Source: Candidatus Eiseniibacteriota bacterium
Lineage (GTDB): Bacteria; Eisenbacteria; RBG-16-71-46
DNA length: 64,000 nucleotides
Reading direction: 5' to 3'
Assembly: GCA_044222065.1 (NCBI GenBank)
Contig: JBGAOA010000008.1
Span: 19,229 to 83,228 of the forward strand
Part shown: positions 50,382 through 63,735 of the stretch, piece after piece
How positions within the stretch are numbered: the first letter of the stretch is position 1
Layout of the letters: every line of letters begins with the position of its first letter
Notes under the pieces: model-generated
What the model was told of the DNA's origin: nothing
The model's database searches: none
What the model saw: the letters and a program-made list of their open reading frames with translations, nothing else
Made by a program: the position numbers and the translations under genes

Positions 50382-51466
50382 GGAAGCGGCAGCTCCGGCT
50401 GCGCCGCGTCGCGCACGAGGCCGTGGCGCGGCGCCGCGAGTCCGAGGTGCGCGTACGCCAGTGCGGTCGCTTCGCGGCCGCGCGGCGTCCGCTTGATGAA
50501 GCCCTCCTGAACGAGGAAGGGCTCGTAGACGTCCTCGAGCGTTCCCGCCTCCTCCCCGACCACCACGGCCAGCGTGTTGAGGCCGACGGGCCCGCCCTCG
50601 TACTTGCGGATCAGTGCGTCCAGGAGGCGGCGGTCCATGTCGTCGAGACCGCGCTCGTCCACCTCGAGCAGGCGGAGCGCGTCGCGCGTGATCGGTAGCG
50701 TCACGCGCCCGTCGCCCTTTACGAGCGCGACGTCGCGCACGCGGCGCAGCAGGCGGTTCGCGACGCGCGGCGTGCCGCGCGCGCGGCGCGCGATCTCGAG
50801 CGCCGCGGCGGGCTCGATCTCGGTCGCGAGGATGCGCGCGGAACGCTCGACGATGCGCGCGAGATCGGCGGCCGCGTAGTAGTCGAGCCGCAGCGTCATG
50901 CCGAAGCGCGCGCGCAGCGGCGCGGACAGCAGGCCGGCGCGCGTCGTGGCGCCGACGAGCGTGAAGCGCTCGAGATTGAACTTGATCGAGCGCGCGTTCG
51001 GGCCCTTGTCGATCACGAGGTCGAGCGTGAAGTCCTCGAGCGCCGGGTACAGGTACTCCTCGACGATCGGGCTCAGCCGGTGGATTTCGTCCACGAACAG
51101 CACGCCGCGCGCCCCGACGTTCGTGAGCAGGCCGGCGAGATCTCCCGGCATGCCGATGACGGGGCCGGCGGTGTGCGTGATCTCGACGCCGAGCTCGTGC
51201 GCCAGGATCGCCGCGAGCGTGGTCTTGCCGAGTCCCGGCGGGCCGTGGAACAGCACGTGGTCGAGCGCTTCGCCGCGGCGTTTCGTGGCGTCGAGGAAGA
51301 TCCGGAGCTGCTCCTTGAGCGCCGGCTGCCCGACGAAATCGTCGAGCGCGAGCGGCCGCAGCCGTCCTTCCTCCTGCAGGTCCTCGGCGAACGGCTCGGG
51401 ATCGCCGACGCGCGCCGGGTGCTCCGGTCGGGCCGGCTTCCGCTCGCGCGGGATGCGTTCGTCCAT
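50378..51466 (-). CDS. ruvB: Holliday junction helicase RuvB
   Basis: [53 protein letters not shown]. Confidence 0.97.
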   Translation of the reverse strand: MDERIPRERKPARPEHPARVGDPEPFAEDLQEEGRLRPLALDDFVGQPALKEQLRIFLDATKRRGEALDHVLFHGPPGLGKTTLAAILAHELGVEITHTAGPVIGMPGDLAGLLTNVGARGVLFVDEIHRLSPIVEEYLYPALEDFTLDLVIDKGPNARSIKFNLERFTLVGATTRAGLLSAPLRARFGMTLRLDYYAAADLARIVERSARILATEIEPAAALEIARRARGTPRVANRLLRRVRDVALVKGDGRVTLPITRDALRLLEVDERGLDDMDRRLLDALIRKYEGGPVGLNTLAVVVGEEAGTLEDVYEPFLVQEGFIKRTPRGREATALAYAHLGLAAPRHGLVRDAAQPELPLP

Positions 51467-51480
51467 GAGCGGTCCTCCGA

Positions 51481-52095
51481 TCAGCGCGTCGTGACGGCGG
51501 CCTTGCCGAGGCGGGAGAGCGCGCGGCGCACCAGCGACTCGACCGGCTCGTCGCCCTCGCCCGCCACTTCGCTCACGATGTCCCGCGATTGCGCGGCAGT
51601 GTAGCCGAGATGCACGAGAGCGGCGACGGCGTCGTCGAAGCCGCCGGCCCTCGGCAGGACGCCGGACTCGCGCACCGGCGCGGCGCCGGGCGGCGCGTCG
51701 AGCTTGTCGCGCAGCTCGACGATGATCCGCTCCGCGGTCTTCTTGCCGATGCCGGGCACGGCCGTGAGCGCCGCGAGCCGCTCGTCGCGGATCGCGCGCG
51801 CGAGTTGCGCCGGCTTCATGCCGCCGAGCGCGGCGATCGCGACCTTGGGGCCGACGCCGTTCACGGTCAGCAGCAGGTCGAAGAGCCGCAATTCGTCGGC
51901 ATCGGCGAAGCCGAACAGCTGCAGCGCGTCCTCACGCACGATCTGCCGTGTCCGCAGGAAGGCCGGGTCGCCACGCGCGGGAAGCGCCGCGAGCGTGTTC
52001 GCGGACACCCACACCTGGTAGCCGACGCCGCCGGCCTCGATCACGCAGAAACCGGGGCCCTTTTCGAGCAGCGTGCCGCGTACGGATGCGATCAT
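51481..52095 (-). CDS. ruvA: Holliday junction DNA-binding protein RuvA
   Basis: [44 protein letters not shown]. Confidence 0.96.
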   Translation of the reverse strand: MIASVRGTLLEKGPGFCVIEAGGVGYQVWVSANTLAALPARGDPAFLRTRQIVREDALQLFGFADADELRLFDLLLTVNGVGPKVAIAALGGMKPAQLARAIRDERLAALTAVPGIGKKTAERIIVELRDKLDAPPGAAPVRESGVLPRAGGFDDAVAALVHLGYTAAQSRDIVSEVAGEGDEPVESLVRRALSRLGKAAVTTR

Positions 52096-52637
52096 CGGAC
52101 GCTCCGGCGCGCGAGCAGCGCCTGCAGCTCTCGCGCCGCGGCCGTCGCCGCACGGGCTCGCGGCTCGATGCGGCCGGCGCGGTTCAGGTGACACAGCGCC
52201 ACGGCGAGCGCGTCGCCGGCGTCGGTCGCGAGGGTGCCGTCCGGACGCAGCAGCCGCTTCACCATGTAGCTCACCTGCTCTTTCGCCGCGCCACCGTTCC
52301 CGGCGACGCTCAACTTGATCTCGCGCGGCGAGTATTCGGCGATCTCGAAGCCGCGCTGCGCCGCCGCGACGAGCAACGCGCCGCGCACGTGGCCGAGTAC
52401 GAGCGCGGAGCGCACGTTCTCGTGATAGAACGCGGTTTCGACGGCGACGCAATCGGGCGCCGTCTGATCGAGCACCTCACCGACACGCTCGACGATCGCG
52501 ATGAGACGCTGTGCGAGCGGCAGCCGGGCGTTCGCCGTCGCGACTCCGTGCGCGAGGCAGCGGTAGTGGTTGCCGAGCCGCTCCACGAGGCCGAAGCCCG
52601 TGACGCGGCTGCCCGGATCGAGTCCCAGAACGCGCAT
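52092..52637 (-). CDS. ruvC: Holliday junction resolvase RuvC
   Basis: VLGLDPGS..TGFG, AVE, LGHVRG, EYSPREIK, KEQV, DALAVALCH. Confidence 0.96.
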   Translation of the reverse strand: MRVLGLDPGSRVTGFGLVERLGNHYRCLAHGVATANARLPLAQRLIAIVERVGEVLDQTAPDCVAVETAFYHENVRSALVLGHVRGALLVAAAQRGFEIAEYSPREIKLSVAGNGGAAKEQVSYMVKRLLRPDGTLATDAGDALAVALCHLNRAGRIEPRARAATAAARELQALLARRSVR

Positions 52638-52761
52638 CCCTGCGATCAGCCTCCGTGTTCGTCCCGCCGACGCGCCCGATGGAACCCGTCACGCGCGACC
52701 GGCGCGCGGCGAGCCCGGATCGGGCGGGCCTCCGGTTCGGGACCGGCGGATCGCCCCGAAC

Positions 52762-54861
52762 CTAGGCGTGAGCGTTTGCTTCCTTCTCGGCCTTCGCGGC
52801 CGCGATGACCTTGTCCGCGAGTTCGCGCGGCACTTCTTCGTAGTGCGAGAACCGCGCGCCGTGCATGCCGCGTCCCTGCGTGAGCGAGCGCAGGTGCGTC
52901 GCGTACTTGTAGAGCTCGGCCTCGGGCGCCGTCGCGCGCACGACCTGGTAGTGGCCGTCGGCCTCGGTGCCCTGGATCTTGCCGCGCCGCGAGGACAGGT
53001 CGCCCATCACGTCGCCGAGGAATTCCTCGGGCACGCGGACCGAGATCTCGTGGATCGGCTCGAGCAGGATCGCCTTCGCCGTCGGGCTCGTCATGACCTC
53101 GTGGAAACAGCTCTCGGCCGCGATCTTGAACGCCATTTCCGATGAGTCCACGTCGTGGTGCTTGCCGAAGAACAGCGCGACCGCGACGTCCACGACCGGA
53201 TAGCCGGCGAGCGGCCCGCGCTCCATCGCGCCGACGACGCCCTTCTCGACCGCGGGGATGTACTGGTTCGGCACGACGCCGCCCTTGACCTCGTCGAGGA
53301 ACTTGAAGCCCTCGCCGCGCGGAAGCGGTTCGAGCCGCAGGTGGACTTCACCGAACTGTCCGCGCCCGCCCGACTGCTTCTTGTGGCGGTACTCGCCCTG
53401 CGCCTTGCCGCGGATCGTCTCGCGGTACGGCACGTGCGGCTTCGAGAGCAGCACCTCGACGCCGAAGCGCTTCTTCAGCCGATCCACCATGACCTCGAGC
53501 TGCAGGTCGCCCATGCCGAACACGAGCGTCTCCTTCGTGCTCGGCTCGTAGTGGCGCGAGAACGTCGGATCCTCCTCGTGCAGCCGCGCGAGGCCCTGCG
53601 CCATCTTCTCTTCGTCGCCCTTGTTCTTCGGCCGCACGCATTCCGCGGTGACGTGGTCGGGGAACGCGGGCGCGCGCAACTTCACGGGACGCGACTTGTC
53701 GGCGAGGGAGTCGCCGGTGTGCGTTTCCTTGAGCTTCACGGCCGCGACGATGTCACCCGCCGTGCACTGCTTGCACTCGAGGCGTTCCTTCCCGACGAGG
53801 TGGTAGAGCGTGCCGATCTTCTCGGGGCGATTTCGCGACGTGTTCACGAGGTCGTGGCCCGACTCGAGATGGCCGGAGTACAGGCGAATCATCGAGATGT
53901 CGCCGAGATGCTGTTCGGACATCGTCTTGAAGACGACGCCCGCGAACGGCTCGGCCGCGTCGGGCTTGCAGGTGACCGCCTGCCCGTTCGCGTCGCCCTT
54001 CTCGGCCGGCACGTCGAGCGGAGACGGGAGCACGTCCACGACTTCGTCGAGGATCTCCTTCACGCCGTGGTTGTTCGTCGCGGCGCAGCAGAAGGCCGGC
54101 ACGAGGTCGCCCTGGACGACGCGCTCGCACAGGCCCTTGCGAATCTCCTCCACCGTGAGTTCGCCGCTCGAGAGGAACTTCTCCATCAGGTGTTCGTCGC
54201 CCGTCGCGGCTTCTTCCATGAGTCGGGCGCGCGCGTCGGCGACGGCGGCGGCCATGTCGGCCGGAATCGGCACTTCGGTGCTCTTCTCATCCATGCCCTT
54301 GCCCGTGAACTGGAAGGCCTTGTTCTCGATCAGGTCCACGATGCCGTGGAACTCTTCGGCCTCTCCGATCGGCAGCTGCGTCGCGACCGCGTTGATTCCC
54401 AGCCGGTCGTGCGCGCTCTTCAGGGCGTTCTCGAAGTTCGCGTGCTCCTTGTCCATCATGTTCACGACGAGCAGCGTGGGCGTCTTCTCGTGCTTCAGGA
54501 TCTCCCACACGACTTCGGTTCCGACTTCGGCTCCGGCGCTTCCGCGGATCATGAGGATCGCGGCGTCGACGACCCGCAACGCGGAGTGGACGTCACCGAC
54601 GAAGTCCGGGTAGCCGGGTGTGTCGAGCAGATTGACCTTGTGACCGTGCCACTCGAACTGGGCGAGGCTCAGGTTGATCGTGATCTGTCGCTGGATCTCG
54701 TCGGGCGCGTAGTCGAGTAGCGTCGTCCCGTCGGCGATTCGCCCGAGCCGGTTCGTGGCCTTCGCGAGGAACAGCATCGCTTCGGCGAGCGAGGTCTTGC
54801 CCACCCCGTGGTGGGCGACGAGTGCAACGTTGCGGATCTGAGCGGCGCTGAATTCCTTCAA
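52762..54861 (-). CDS. fusA: Elongation factor G paralogue (EF-G2-like)
   Basis: IRNVALVAHHGVGKTS, DTPGYPDF, GMGDLQLE, KKQSGGRGQFG, HDVDSSEMAF, LRSLTQGRG; outside the str operon; TTG start with GGGAGG RBS. Confidence 0.9.
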   Translation of the reverse strand: MKEFSAAQIRNVALVAHHGVGKTSLAEAMLFLAKATNRLGRIADGTTLLDYAPDEIQRQITINLSLAQFEWHGHKVNLLDTPGYPDFVGDVHSALRVVDAAILMIRGSAGAEVGTEVVWEILKHEKTPTLLVVNMMDKEHANFENALKSAHDRLGINAVATQLPIGEAEEFHGIVDLIENKAFQFTGKGMDEKSTEVPIPADMAAAVADARARLMEEAATGDEHLMEKFLSSGELTVEEIRKGLCERVVQGDLVPAFCCAATNNHGVKEILDEVVDVLPSPLDVPAEKGDANGQAVTCKPDAAEPFAGVVFKTMSEQHLGDISMIRLYSGHLESGHDLVNTSRNRPEKIGTLYHLVGKERLECKQCTAGDIVAAVKLKETHTGDSLADKSRPVKLRAPAFPDHVTAECVRPKNKGDEEKMAQGLARLHEEDPTFSRHYEPSTKETLVFGMGDLQLEVMVDRLKKRFGVEVLLSKPHVPYRETIRGKAQGEYRHKKQSGGRGQFGEVHLRLEPLPRGEGFKFLDEVKGGVVPNQYIPAVEKGVVGAMERGPLAGYPVVDVAVALFFGKHHDVDSSEMAFKIAAESCFHEVMTSPTAKAILLEPIHEISVRVPEEFLGDVMGDLSSRRGKIQGTEADGHYQVVRATAPEAELYKYATHLRSLTQGRGMHGARFSHYEEVPRELADKVIAAAKAEKEANAHA

Positions 54862-54957
54862 GACGCACCTCCCCGCCACAGGCAGGACGGTCGATGGAAG
54901 AGCTCGCCTCGCGAGGCGGGACGAGATGCAGAGCGCGTAACTACAAGTGGAATCGGA

Positions 54958-54987
54958 AAGTTACACGCGCCTCCGAAGGCGGGTCAA
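54958..54987 (-). promoter_or_regulatory. Putative sigma70 promoter of the fusA paralogue
   Basis: TTGACC, 18-nt spacer, TAACTT. Confidence 0.5.
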
Positions 54988-55124
54988 GACTCGCGACGCG
55001 CCGGATCGAGCGCGCGGCGCCGCGAACTTCCGCCCGCTCCTCAATGTTGCCGAGCGCGGCCGAAACTCACATCGACGCGCGAAGTGGGCCGCGGCTCATC
55101 GGGGCTCGAAGCGCTCGGCCGGAT

Positions 55125-55154
55125 TTGACCCTCGTCGGCGACGACCCTTAGTCT
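55125..55154 (+). promoter_or_regulatory. Putative sigma70 promoter of the cytochrome c gene
   Basis: TTGACC, 18-nt spacer, TAGTCT; same hexamers as the pccB promoter. Confidence 0.55.
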
Positions 55155-55218
55155 GCGCGGCTCTCGGATGCGGACGGGCTCCCCGACGCGTCCACAGTCC
55201 CACCTTCAGGAGTGCTCC

Positions 55219-55605
55219 ATGACGTTTCGTTCGGTTCTCAAGTCGGTCGCGGCAGGGCTGTGCCTCGCCTCGCTCTCGGCCGGCCTCTTCTCGCTCACTG
55301 CGGCGGCCGGCCCCGCCAAGGGGAACGCCGCGGCGGCCAAGCCGATCTTTGCGTCCAAGTGCGTCGCGTGCCACAAGGCCGACGGCAGCGGCGGCATCAA
55401 GCTGACGGGAAACCCGACCCCGAACTGGAAGCTCCCCAAGACGTGGGCGGACCCGAAGCGCAACGACGATTTCCTCCGCGACTGCATCACGAACGGCAAG
55501 GTCAAGTCCGGGATGGTCGCCTGGGGCAAGACGGGTCAGTTGAAGCCCCAGCAGATCGAAGACCTGATCGTCTACATCAACGCGACGTTCAAGCCGAAGA
55601 AGTAG
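55219..55605 (+). CDS. Mono-haem class I cytochrome c, Lys-rich
   Basis: Signal peptide, CVACH, ITNG...GMVAW; AGGAG RBS; GC hairpin downstream (about 55628-55660). Confidence 0.9.
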   Translation: MTFRSVLKSVAAGLCLASLSAGLFSLTAAAGPAKGNAAAAKPIFASKCVACHKADGSGGIKLTGNPTPNWKLPKTWADPKRNDDFLRDCITNGKVKSGMVAWGKTGQLKPQQIEDLIVYINATFKPKK

Positions 55606-55679
55606 TCGTTTCGGCGCACCGATGACTCGGGCGGGCGGGGTGATCCTCCCCGCCCGTTCGTCGTTCAAGGCGAACGCCG

Positions 55680-57422
55680 CTAGCGCAATTCGAGGGCGAA
55701 CGGCATGAGCGCGAGCGCCCGCCCCGGCGGCAGCAGCGCCGCCGCCGTCCACCGGCGGAGCGAAGCGGGAAGCGCGGCGGCGAGCACTCCCGCGCTCGAA
55801 TCGTCCTCTTCGCCCATCAGCGTCTCGACGAACTGCTGGAAGAACGTGCGAGACGGCTGCGGGTAGAGCTCGAGCGAGATCCCGGCATCGGGCTCGAGTC
55901 CGAGCGCGGAGCGGACGGCGGCGAGCGCGGCTTCGCTACCTCCGAGAGTGTCCACGAGGCCGTTCTGCTGGGCCGCCCATCCGGTCCACACTCGCCCGCG
56001 CGCGAGCGAGTCGGTGTCGGACTCGGTGAAGCCCCGGTTCCTCGCGACCTTCGCGACGAAGCCGCGATAGAACTCCTCGAGTTGACGCTGGTAGATCGCC
56101 CGCTCCGCTTCGCTGAAGTCCCGGAACGGCGACATCAGGTCGGCGTGCGCGCCCCGCGACAACGTCTCGACGTTGAGGCCCAGCTTTCGATAGAGACCGA
56201 GGAGGTTGAACTTCCCGCCGAAGATCCCGATCGATCCCGTCAACGTCGCGGGCGACGCCACGAGCTTCGATCCGCCCATCGCGATGTAGTAGCCGCCAGA
56301 GGCCGCGTAGTCCGACATGCTCACGACGACGGGCTTCACGCGCGCGAGCCGCTGAACGGCGCGCCAGATCTCGTCCGAGGCCTGGGCGTCGCCGCCGGGA
56401 CTGTCGATGCGAAGCACCACGGCCCGCACTGAATTCTTGCGCGTGACGTCCTTGAGCAGCTCGACCATGGTCTCGGAGCCGATGACCCGGCCTTCACCGG
56501 GAGCGATGCGGCTCTTGCCCGACGCGATCGCGCCCTCCGCCGCGAGCCAGGCGACGCGCTCACCGGAGCCGTCCTCGTCGCGGGAGAGCCAGCGATCGAA
56601 CGCCACCGCCCCGGCGTGCTTGCGCGCGCGACGCGACGCGAGCGAATCGAGGTCCGCCCCGTAGAGCAGCGTGTCCACCCACCCGGTCGCGAACGCCTCC
56701 GCCGCCGTGAACGGACCGCGGTCGATGCGGGCGCGCACCGTGTCGGCGGTCAGCCCGCGCGCGCTCGCGAGCGAGTCCACGAACAGTGAGTACTCGTCGT
56801 CGAGCACACGATCGAGCGAGATGCGCGCGGCCGGCGACATGTCCTGACGCGTGTAGGCCTCGACCGCGGACTTGTACTCGCCGACCGAAGCGAAGTTGGG
56901 CCTCACGTCGAGCTTGTCGAGCGTGCCCCGAAGGAACATGACGGACATCGTGAGACCGTCCAGCCCGAGATTCGCGGTCGGCGGCATCGAGATCACGCCG
57001 GCGGCCGAGGCCAGGAAATACTCGGGATCGCCCCCCGACTCGAGCGAGGCGTACAGCGGCTTGCCGGAGGCCCGGAACGCCTGGAGCGCGTCGCGAATCT
57101 CGTACAGGCGCGCCCAACCCCACTCGAGGTCCCCCACGTGCACGACGAGCGCACGAACCCGGTCGTCCATCGCGGCGCGACGAATGCCGCGGCTGAGTTC
57201 GATCACGAGGGGCCGCTCGCGATAGCGCAGCACGTCGAAGGAGTAAGGCCGGAACGGCGGGGGAGCTTCGTCGAGCGTGCGCGGCAGATCGAGCACGAGC
57301 ACGTTGTTCGCGCCCGGAGCCGGGCGGTCCGAGCGCCGCATCGAGAACGCGGCGTACAGCACCAGGGAACCGAGCAGCACGAAAATGAAGACGAGCGCGA
57401 TTACGCCGCGTCGCTGGGCCAT
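55680..57422 (-). CDS. sppA: Signal peptide peptidase SppA (long form)
   Basis: GEYKSAVE, VLRIDSPGG, MSDYAASGGYY, TLTGSIGIFG, GRVWTG. Confidence 0.93.
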   Translation of the reverse strand: MAQRRGVIALVFIFVLLGSLVLYAAFSMRRSDRPAPGANNVLVLDLPRTLDEAPPPFRPYSFDVLRYRERPLVIELSRGIRRAAMDDRVRALVVHVGDLEWGWARLYEIRDALQAFRASGKPLYASLESGGDPEYFLASAAGVISMPPTANLGLDGLTMSVMFLRGTLDKLDVRPNFASVGEYKSAVEAYTRQDMSPAARISLDRVLDDEYSLFVDSLASARGLTADTVRARIDRGPFTAAEAFATGWVDTLLYGADLDSLASRRARKHAGAVAFDRWLSRDEDGSGERVAWLAAEGAIASGKSRIAPGEGRVIGSETMVELLKDVTRKNSVRAVVLRIDSPGGDAQASDEIWRAVQRLARVKPVVVSMSDYAASGGYYIAMGGSKLVASPATLTGSIGIFGGKFNLLGLYRKLGLNVETLSRGAHADLMSPFRDFSEAERAIYQRQLEEFYRGFVAKVARNRGFTESDTDSLARGRVWTGWAAQQNGLVDTLGGSEAALAAVRSALGLEPDAGISLELYPQPSRTFFQQFVETLMGEEDDSSAGVLAAALPASLRRWTAAALLPPGRALALMPFALELR

Positions 57423-57459
57423 CGAGGACCTCCCTGATCCGTTCGCAACGGCCTGAGGA

Positions 57460-58749
57460 TCAGAAGATCTTACGCACCTCGATCGAGAAGTAAAGACTCG
57501 CGGCGTCCTGCGACTCGTCCACGTGTCGCTCGAGCCGTGCCTGAGTGACCGCTTGCAGCCGAAGGCCGGCGGGAATCCGCTGGTCCGCGATCAACTCGAA
57601 ATCGAGGAACGCCAGCGACGAGTGAAGGGACTCGAACGGATCGTCGGCGCTCGACTCGTAGTCGCGCCACCCGACGGATGGCGCGATCGACCACAGCGAT
57701 CCCAGGCGGAACGCCTCGAGTTCCGCGAACGCGGCCGCCTCTCGGTAGGCCTCGCCCGGACTTCGATCCGCGACGAGCCACTCGCCCCGCGCGCCGAACC
57801 ACAGCGACCAGGAGTCACCGTCTCGCCTCGGACCCAGCTTCAGACGCGCGATCGAATAGTCGAAGAACAACGTGCTGTCTTCGAGGTCGTAGCGGGTGGT
57901 CTCGAACTCGCCTCGTGCGCGAGCGGCCCATGCACCGCTCGCGAGCCAGTCGGACTCGATCGAACTCGTCCACTCCCAGAAGTTGTCGCGGCTGGTCGGA
58001 GCGAGGTGAACCGTCACACGGCGCGATCCTCGGCCCTCGGCCGTCAGGCTGAGGGCTCCGGCGACGACGCGCACGCGCGCCTCCCCCGCGTGCTCGTAAT
58101 GATCGCGCTCGGAGGAGTCGGGAAACTCCCGCGTCGTCGCCGAGTAGCCGGCGCGCGCCTCCCACGCCGGCCAGGATGCCGCTTCGAGCGCGAGCATTGC
58201 GGTTGCGCCCTGGCGGTCGAGGCTGTACTCGGAACCCGCGCCGGAAGCCCGCAGGAAATCTGCCGAGAGTGCGGCCTCCGCGACCGGACCGAGCAGCCCC
58301 AGCGCCCGCCGGTACCGCGTCGTCGCACGCCCTCGCCACTCGCGGAGATCGCGGTCGAAGGTCCGGTCGCGGCGGTATTCGAACCACGGTGCGAACCACC
58401 AGGCACCCTCGACGTCCTCGCCGCTCCGCCACGTGAACTGCGAGGCCGAGCGCTGCAGGCGATCGCCCCACTGAACGTCCTGGCGGAGCAAGTACTGGAC
58501 GCTCCCCCCGCCGCGCGATCCCTCCAGCACCGCCGCGCAGAGCGCGGCGAGGCTGCGCTCGGGGGCATCCTCCAGCTGCCGTCCCTGGAACGTCGTGTCG
58601 GTGAAGGTGTCGGTGTAGAAGAGCTCGTTCGTGTAGAGCGAGCCCGCACCGAGCTCGAAGCGAGATCTCAGTGAATCGAGAGTCGCGCTCGTGGCAGCCC
58701 GCGGGGCAGTGCAGCCGAGCGCCGCGCAGATCATGAGGATCGCGAGCAC
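57460..58749 (-). CDS. Putative outer-membrane beta-barrel protein, uncharacterised
   Basis: Signal-like N-terminus, many amphipathic strands rich in Y/W/R, C-terminal FSIEVRKIF; start uncertain. Confidence 0.6.
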   Translation of the reverse strand: MLAILMICAALGCTAPRAATSATLDSLRSRFELGAGSLYTNELFYTDTFTDTTFQGRQLEDAPERSLAALCAAVLEGSRGGGSVQYLLRQDVQWGDRLQRSASQFTWRSGEDVEGAWWFAPWFEYRRDRTFDRDLREWRGRATTRYRRALGLLGPVAEAALSADFLRASGAGSEYSLDRQGATAMLALEAASWPAWEARAGYSATTREFPDSSERDHYEHAGEARVRVVAGALSLTAEGRGSRRVTVHLAPTSRDNFWEWTSSIESDWLASGAWAARARGEFETTRYDLEDSTLFFDYSIARLKLGPRRDGDSWSLWFGARGEWLVADRSPGEAYREAAAFAELEAFRLGSLWSIAPSVGWRDYESSADDPFESLHSSLAFLDFELIADQRIPAGLRLQAVTQARLERHVDESQDAASLYFSIEVRKIF

Positions 58750-58894
58750 TGGCGCACCTTCCAGGCGCGCGCGCCGTGCTGGCCTCGGAATGTCCGTGGG
58801 CCTGCGGAGGATCGGTTCCGCGATCGTCGTCAGTGCGCTGCTCCTCGAGCCCGGGTCCGCGCGCGCTGTCGCGGCGCGACTCGGCGCTCGTGGC

Positions 58895-59698
58895 CTACAA
58901 CCGGAGGCCCGCGAGGCGAGCCGAACGATGCGCGAACGTCCGCGCCTGCTGGGTCATTCGCAAGCTCGCTTCGAATCGCCCCGCGGACGCTTCCGCTCGG
59001 GCCCGCCCCTGAGCATCGATCGCCTGATCGAGCGCTGCCTGAGCACGGGGGTCCGGCACCTGAGCGAGCCGCTCGCGGATCCGGGCGAGGAGATCCTCGG
59101 TGCGCTCGAGGGCTCGTGAAGCCGCGTCGCCGAGATCTTCTTCGAGGCGACAGAGCCTCAGCGCTCGATGCGCGCGCTCGCGCGCGCTGCCCGACAGCTG
59201 CAAGGCCGCGAGGAACCGGCCCTCGTGCGCGAGAGACTCCGCGCGATCTTGCATCTGAAGTGCGATGCGCAGCAGACCGCGGGCGCGGGGCACATCACAC
59301 TCGTCGATACGATCGCGGGCGCGCTCGACGAGGTCTCGCGTACGATCGAGCTGAGCCAGGACGCCGTCGGGATCGGGACCGTTGAGGATAGCGATCGCGC
59401 GATCCGCGTGGCCTCGAGCCTCGAGTGTCAGACGGCCCGCGAGGCCGTACTGCGCGTTCGTGAACACGCGCCGGGCCTCGGCCTGCAGACTCACGGCCAG
59501 CCCGAGTTCGGATCTCGCTCGTCCGGCGTCCGCGGGTCCAAGCGCGGGGCCGAGCAGACTCTCGGCCTGTCCGATTCGGCGATCCGTCAGCTCGAGCGAC
59601 GCCTGAACGCGATCGGCGGCCGGCTCCTGAGCGCCGGCGACACCCACGCCGGTCAGGAGCAGGGTGATCGCAGTCAGAATCGTCCACGCTGCCTTCAT
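58895..59698 (-). CDS. Secreted alpha-helical protein with three tandem repeats
   Basis: Signal peptide MKAAWTILTAITLLLTGVGVAGA; three similar units of roughly 75 aa; AGGAG RBS. Confidence 0.75.
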   Translation of the reverse strand: MKAAWTILTAITLLLTGVGVAGAQEPAADRVQASLELTDRRIGQAESLLGPALGPADAGRARSELGLAVSLQAEARRVFTNAQYGLAGRLTLEARGHADRAIAILNGPDPDGVLAQLDRTRDLVERARDRIDECDVPRARGLLRIALQMQDRAESLAHEGRFLAALQLSGSARERAHRALRLCRLEEDLGDAASRALERTEDLLARIRERLAQVPDPRAQAALDQAIDAQGRARAEASAGRFEASLRMTQQARTFAHRSARLAGLRL

Positions 59699-59769
59699 CC
59701 GGTCATTCTCCTGCCAGACCTCGGTCGCCCTCGGTCCGATCCGCACTAGAACAGCTCGACCCAGAACTG

Positions 59770-59785
59770 AGCAGCGTCCGTGCCC
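59770..59785 (-). promoter_or_regulatory. Putative sigma54 promoter
   Basis: GGGCACG-GACG-CTGCT (GG-N10-GC), about 70 nt upstream of the ATG at 59698. Confidence 0.5.
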
Positions 59786-59946
59786 AAGAGAAACCAAAAC
59801 CTCTTCCACCCGCAAGTCATTGGGCCGCATGGGCCGAACGATCGCCGCCCTCGCAAGGCCCGCGCGCCAGGATCGCCACAAGTGCCCCGACGCGTACGGC
59901 GGTCCCGAGCACGTGCCCCGTCCTGAACACGCGGCGGCCGACCCAG

Positions 59947-59981
59947 AAAAGCGAAAAGCCCCGGCCACTGGGCCGGGGCTT
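59947..59981 (-). terminator. rRNA operon terminator
   Basis: AAGCCCCGGCC-CAGT-GGCCGGGGCTT followed by TTCGCTTTT on the minus strand, just after the 5S gene. Confidence 0.85.
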
Positions 59982-59993
59982 CTCGCGAAAAAA

Positions 59994-60110
<117 letters not shown>

Positions 60111-60167
60111 ATTGTCTGACAACCGAATGAGACGCTGGAGCAAGTGAAGCACGTTGGAAGATATTAC

Positions 60168-63154
<2,987 letters not shown>

Positions 63155-63304
63155 GGATAGTATCTACCAAGGTGCTTCATAATGCTTACCCAGCGTCTCA
63201 TATTCGGTTGTCAAAGATCGAAGCGACGCCGAGCGTCGCAGTGCGGCGCCGATGCGGCGCACGCCAAGATCTATGTGGACGTCGAAACGTCCCTCTCTCA
63301 ATTC

Positions 63305-63380
63305 TGGTGGAGATAGCGGGGCTCGAACCCGCAGCCTCCGGCTTGCAAAGCCGGCGCTCTCCCAGTTGAGCTATATCCCC
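63305..63380 (-). tRNA. tRNA-Ala(UGC)
   Basis: GGGGATATAGCTCAACTGGGAGAGCGCCGGCTTTGCAAGCCGGAGGCTGCGGGTTCGAGCCCCGCTATCTCCACCA in the 16S-23S spacer. Confidence 0.97.
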
Positions 63381-63410
63381 GAGAGGCCCGCGAGAGGGGC
63401 CCTAATGGGA

Positions 63411-63487
<77 letters not shown>

Positions 63488-63735
63488 ACACCCTCGGCAA
63501 TCGCTGAGGAGATGGAGCCCGTACAGGCGGTGGGCGCCCAACGGCCCTCCCTCGCCGGGGATCTTGCGATCCCTTTCAGCAAGACCCGGGTGGGACAGAA
63601 CGAGCCCGGCCGGTGTGCCGGCCAGGCTCGTTTCCCAGCCCCAAGCTCCAGAAGAGAGAAGAATAGCGCACGGGTCTGAAGCCCGGGAGGCTCGACCTGG
63701 GATTGTCGCCGATCGAAACCGACGACGGATCTCCC

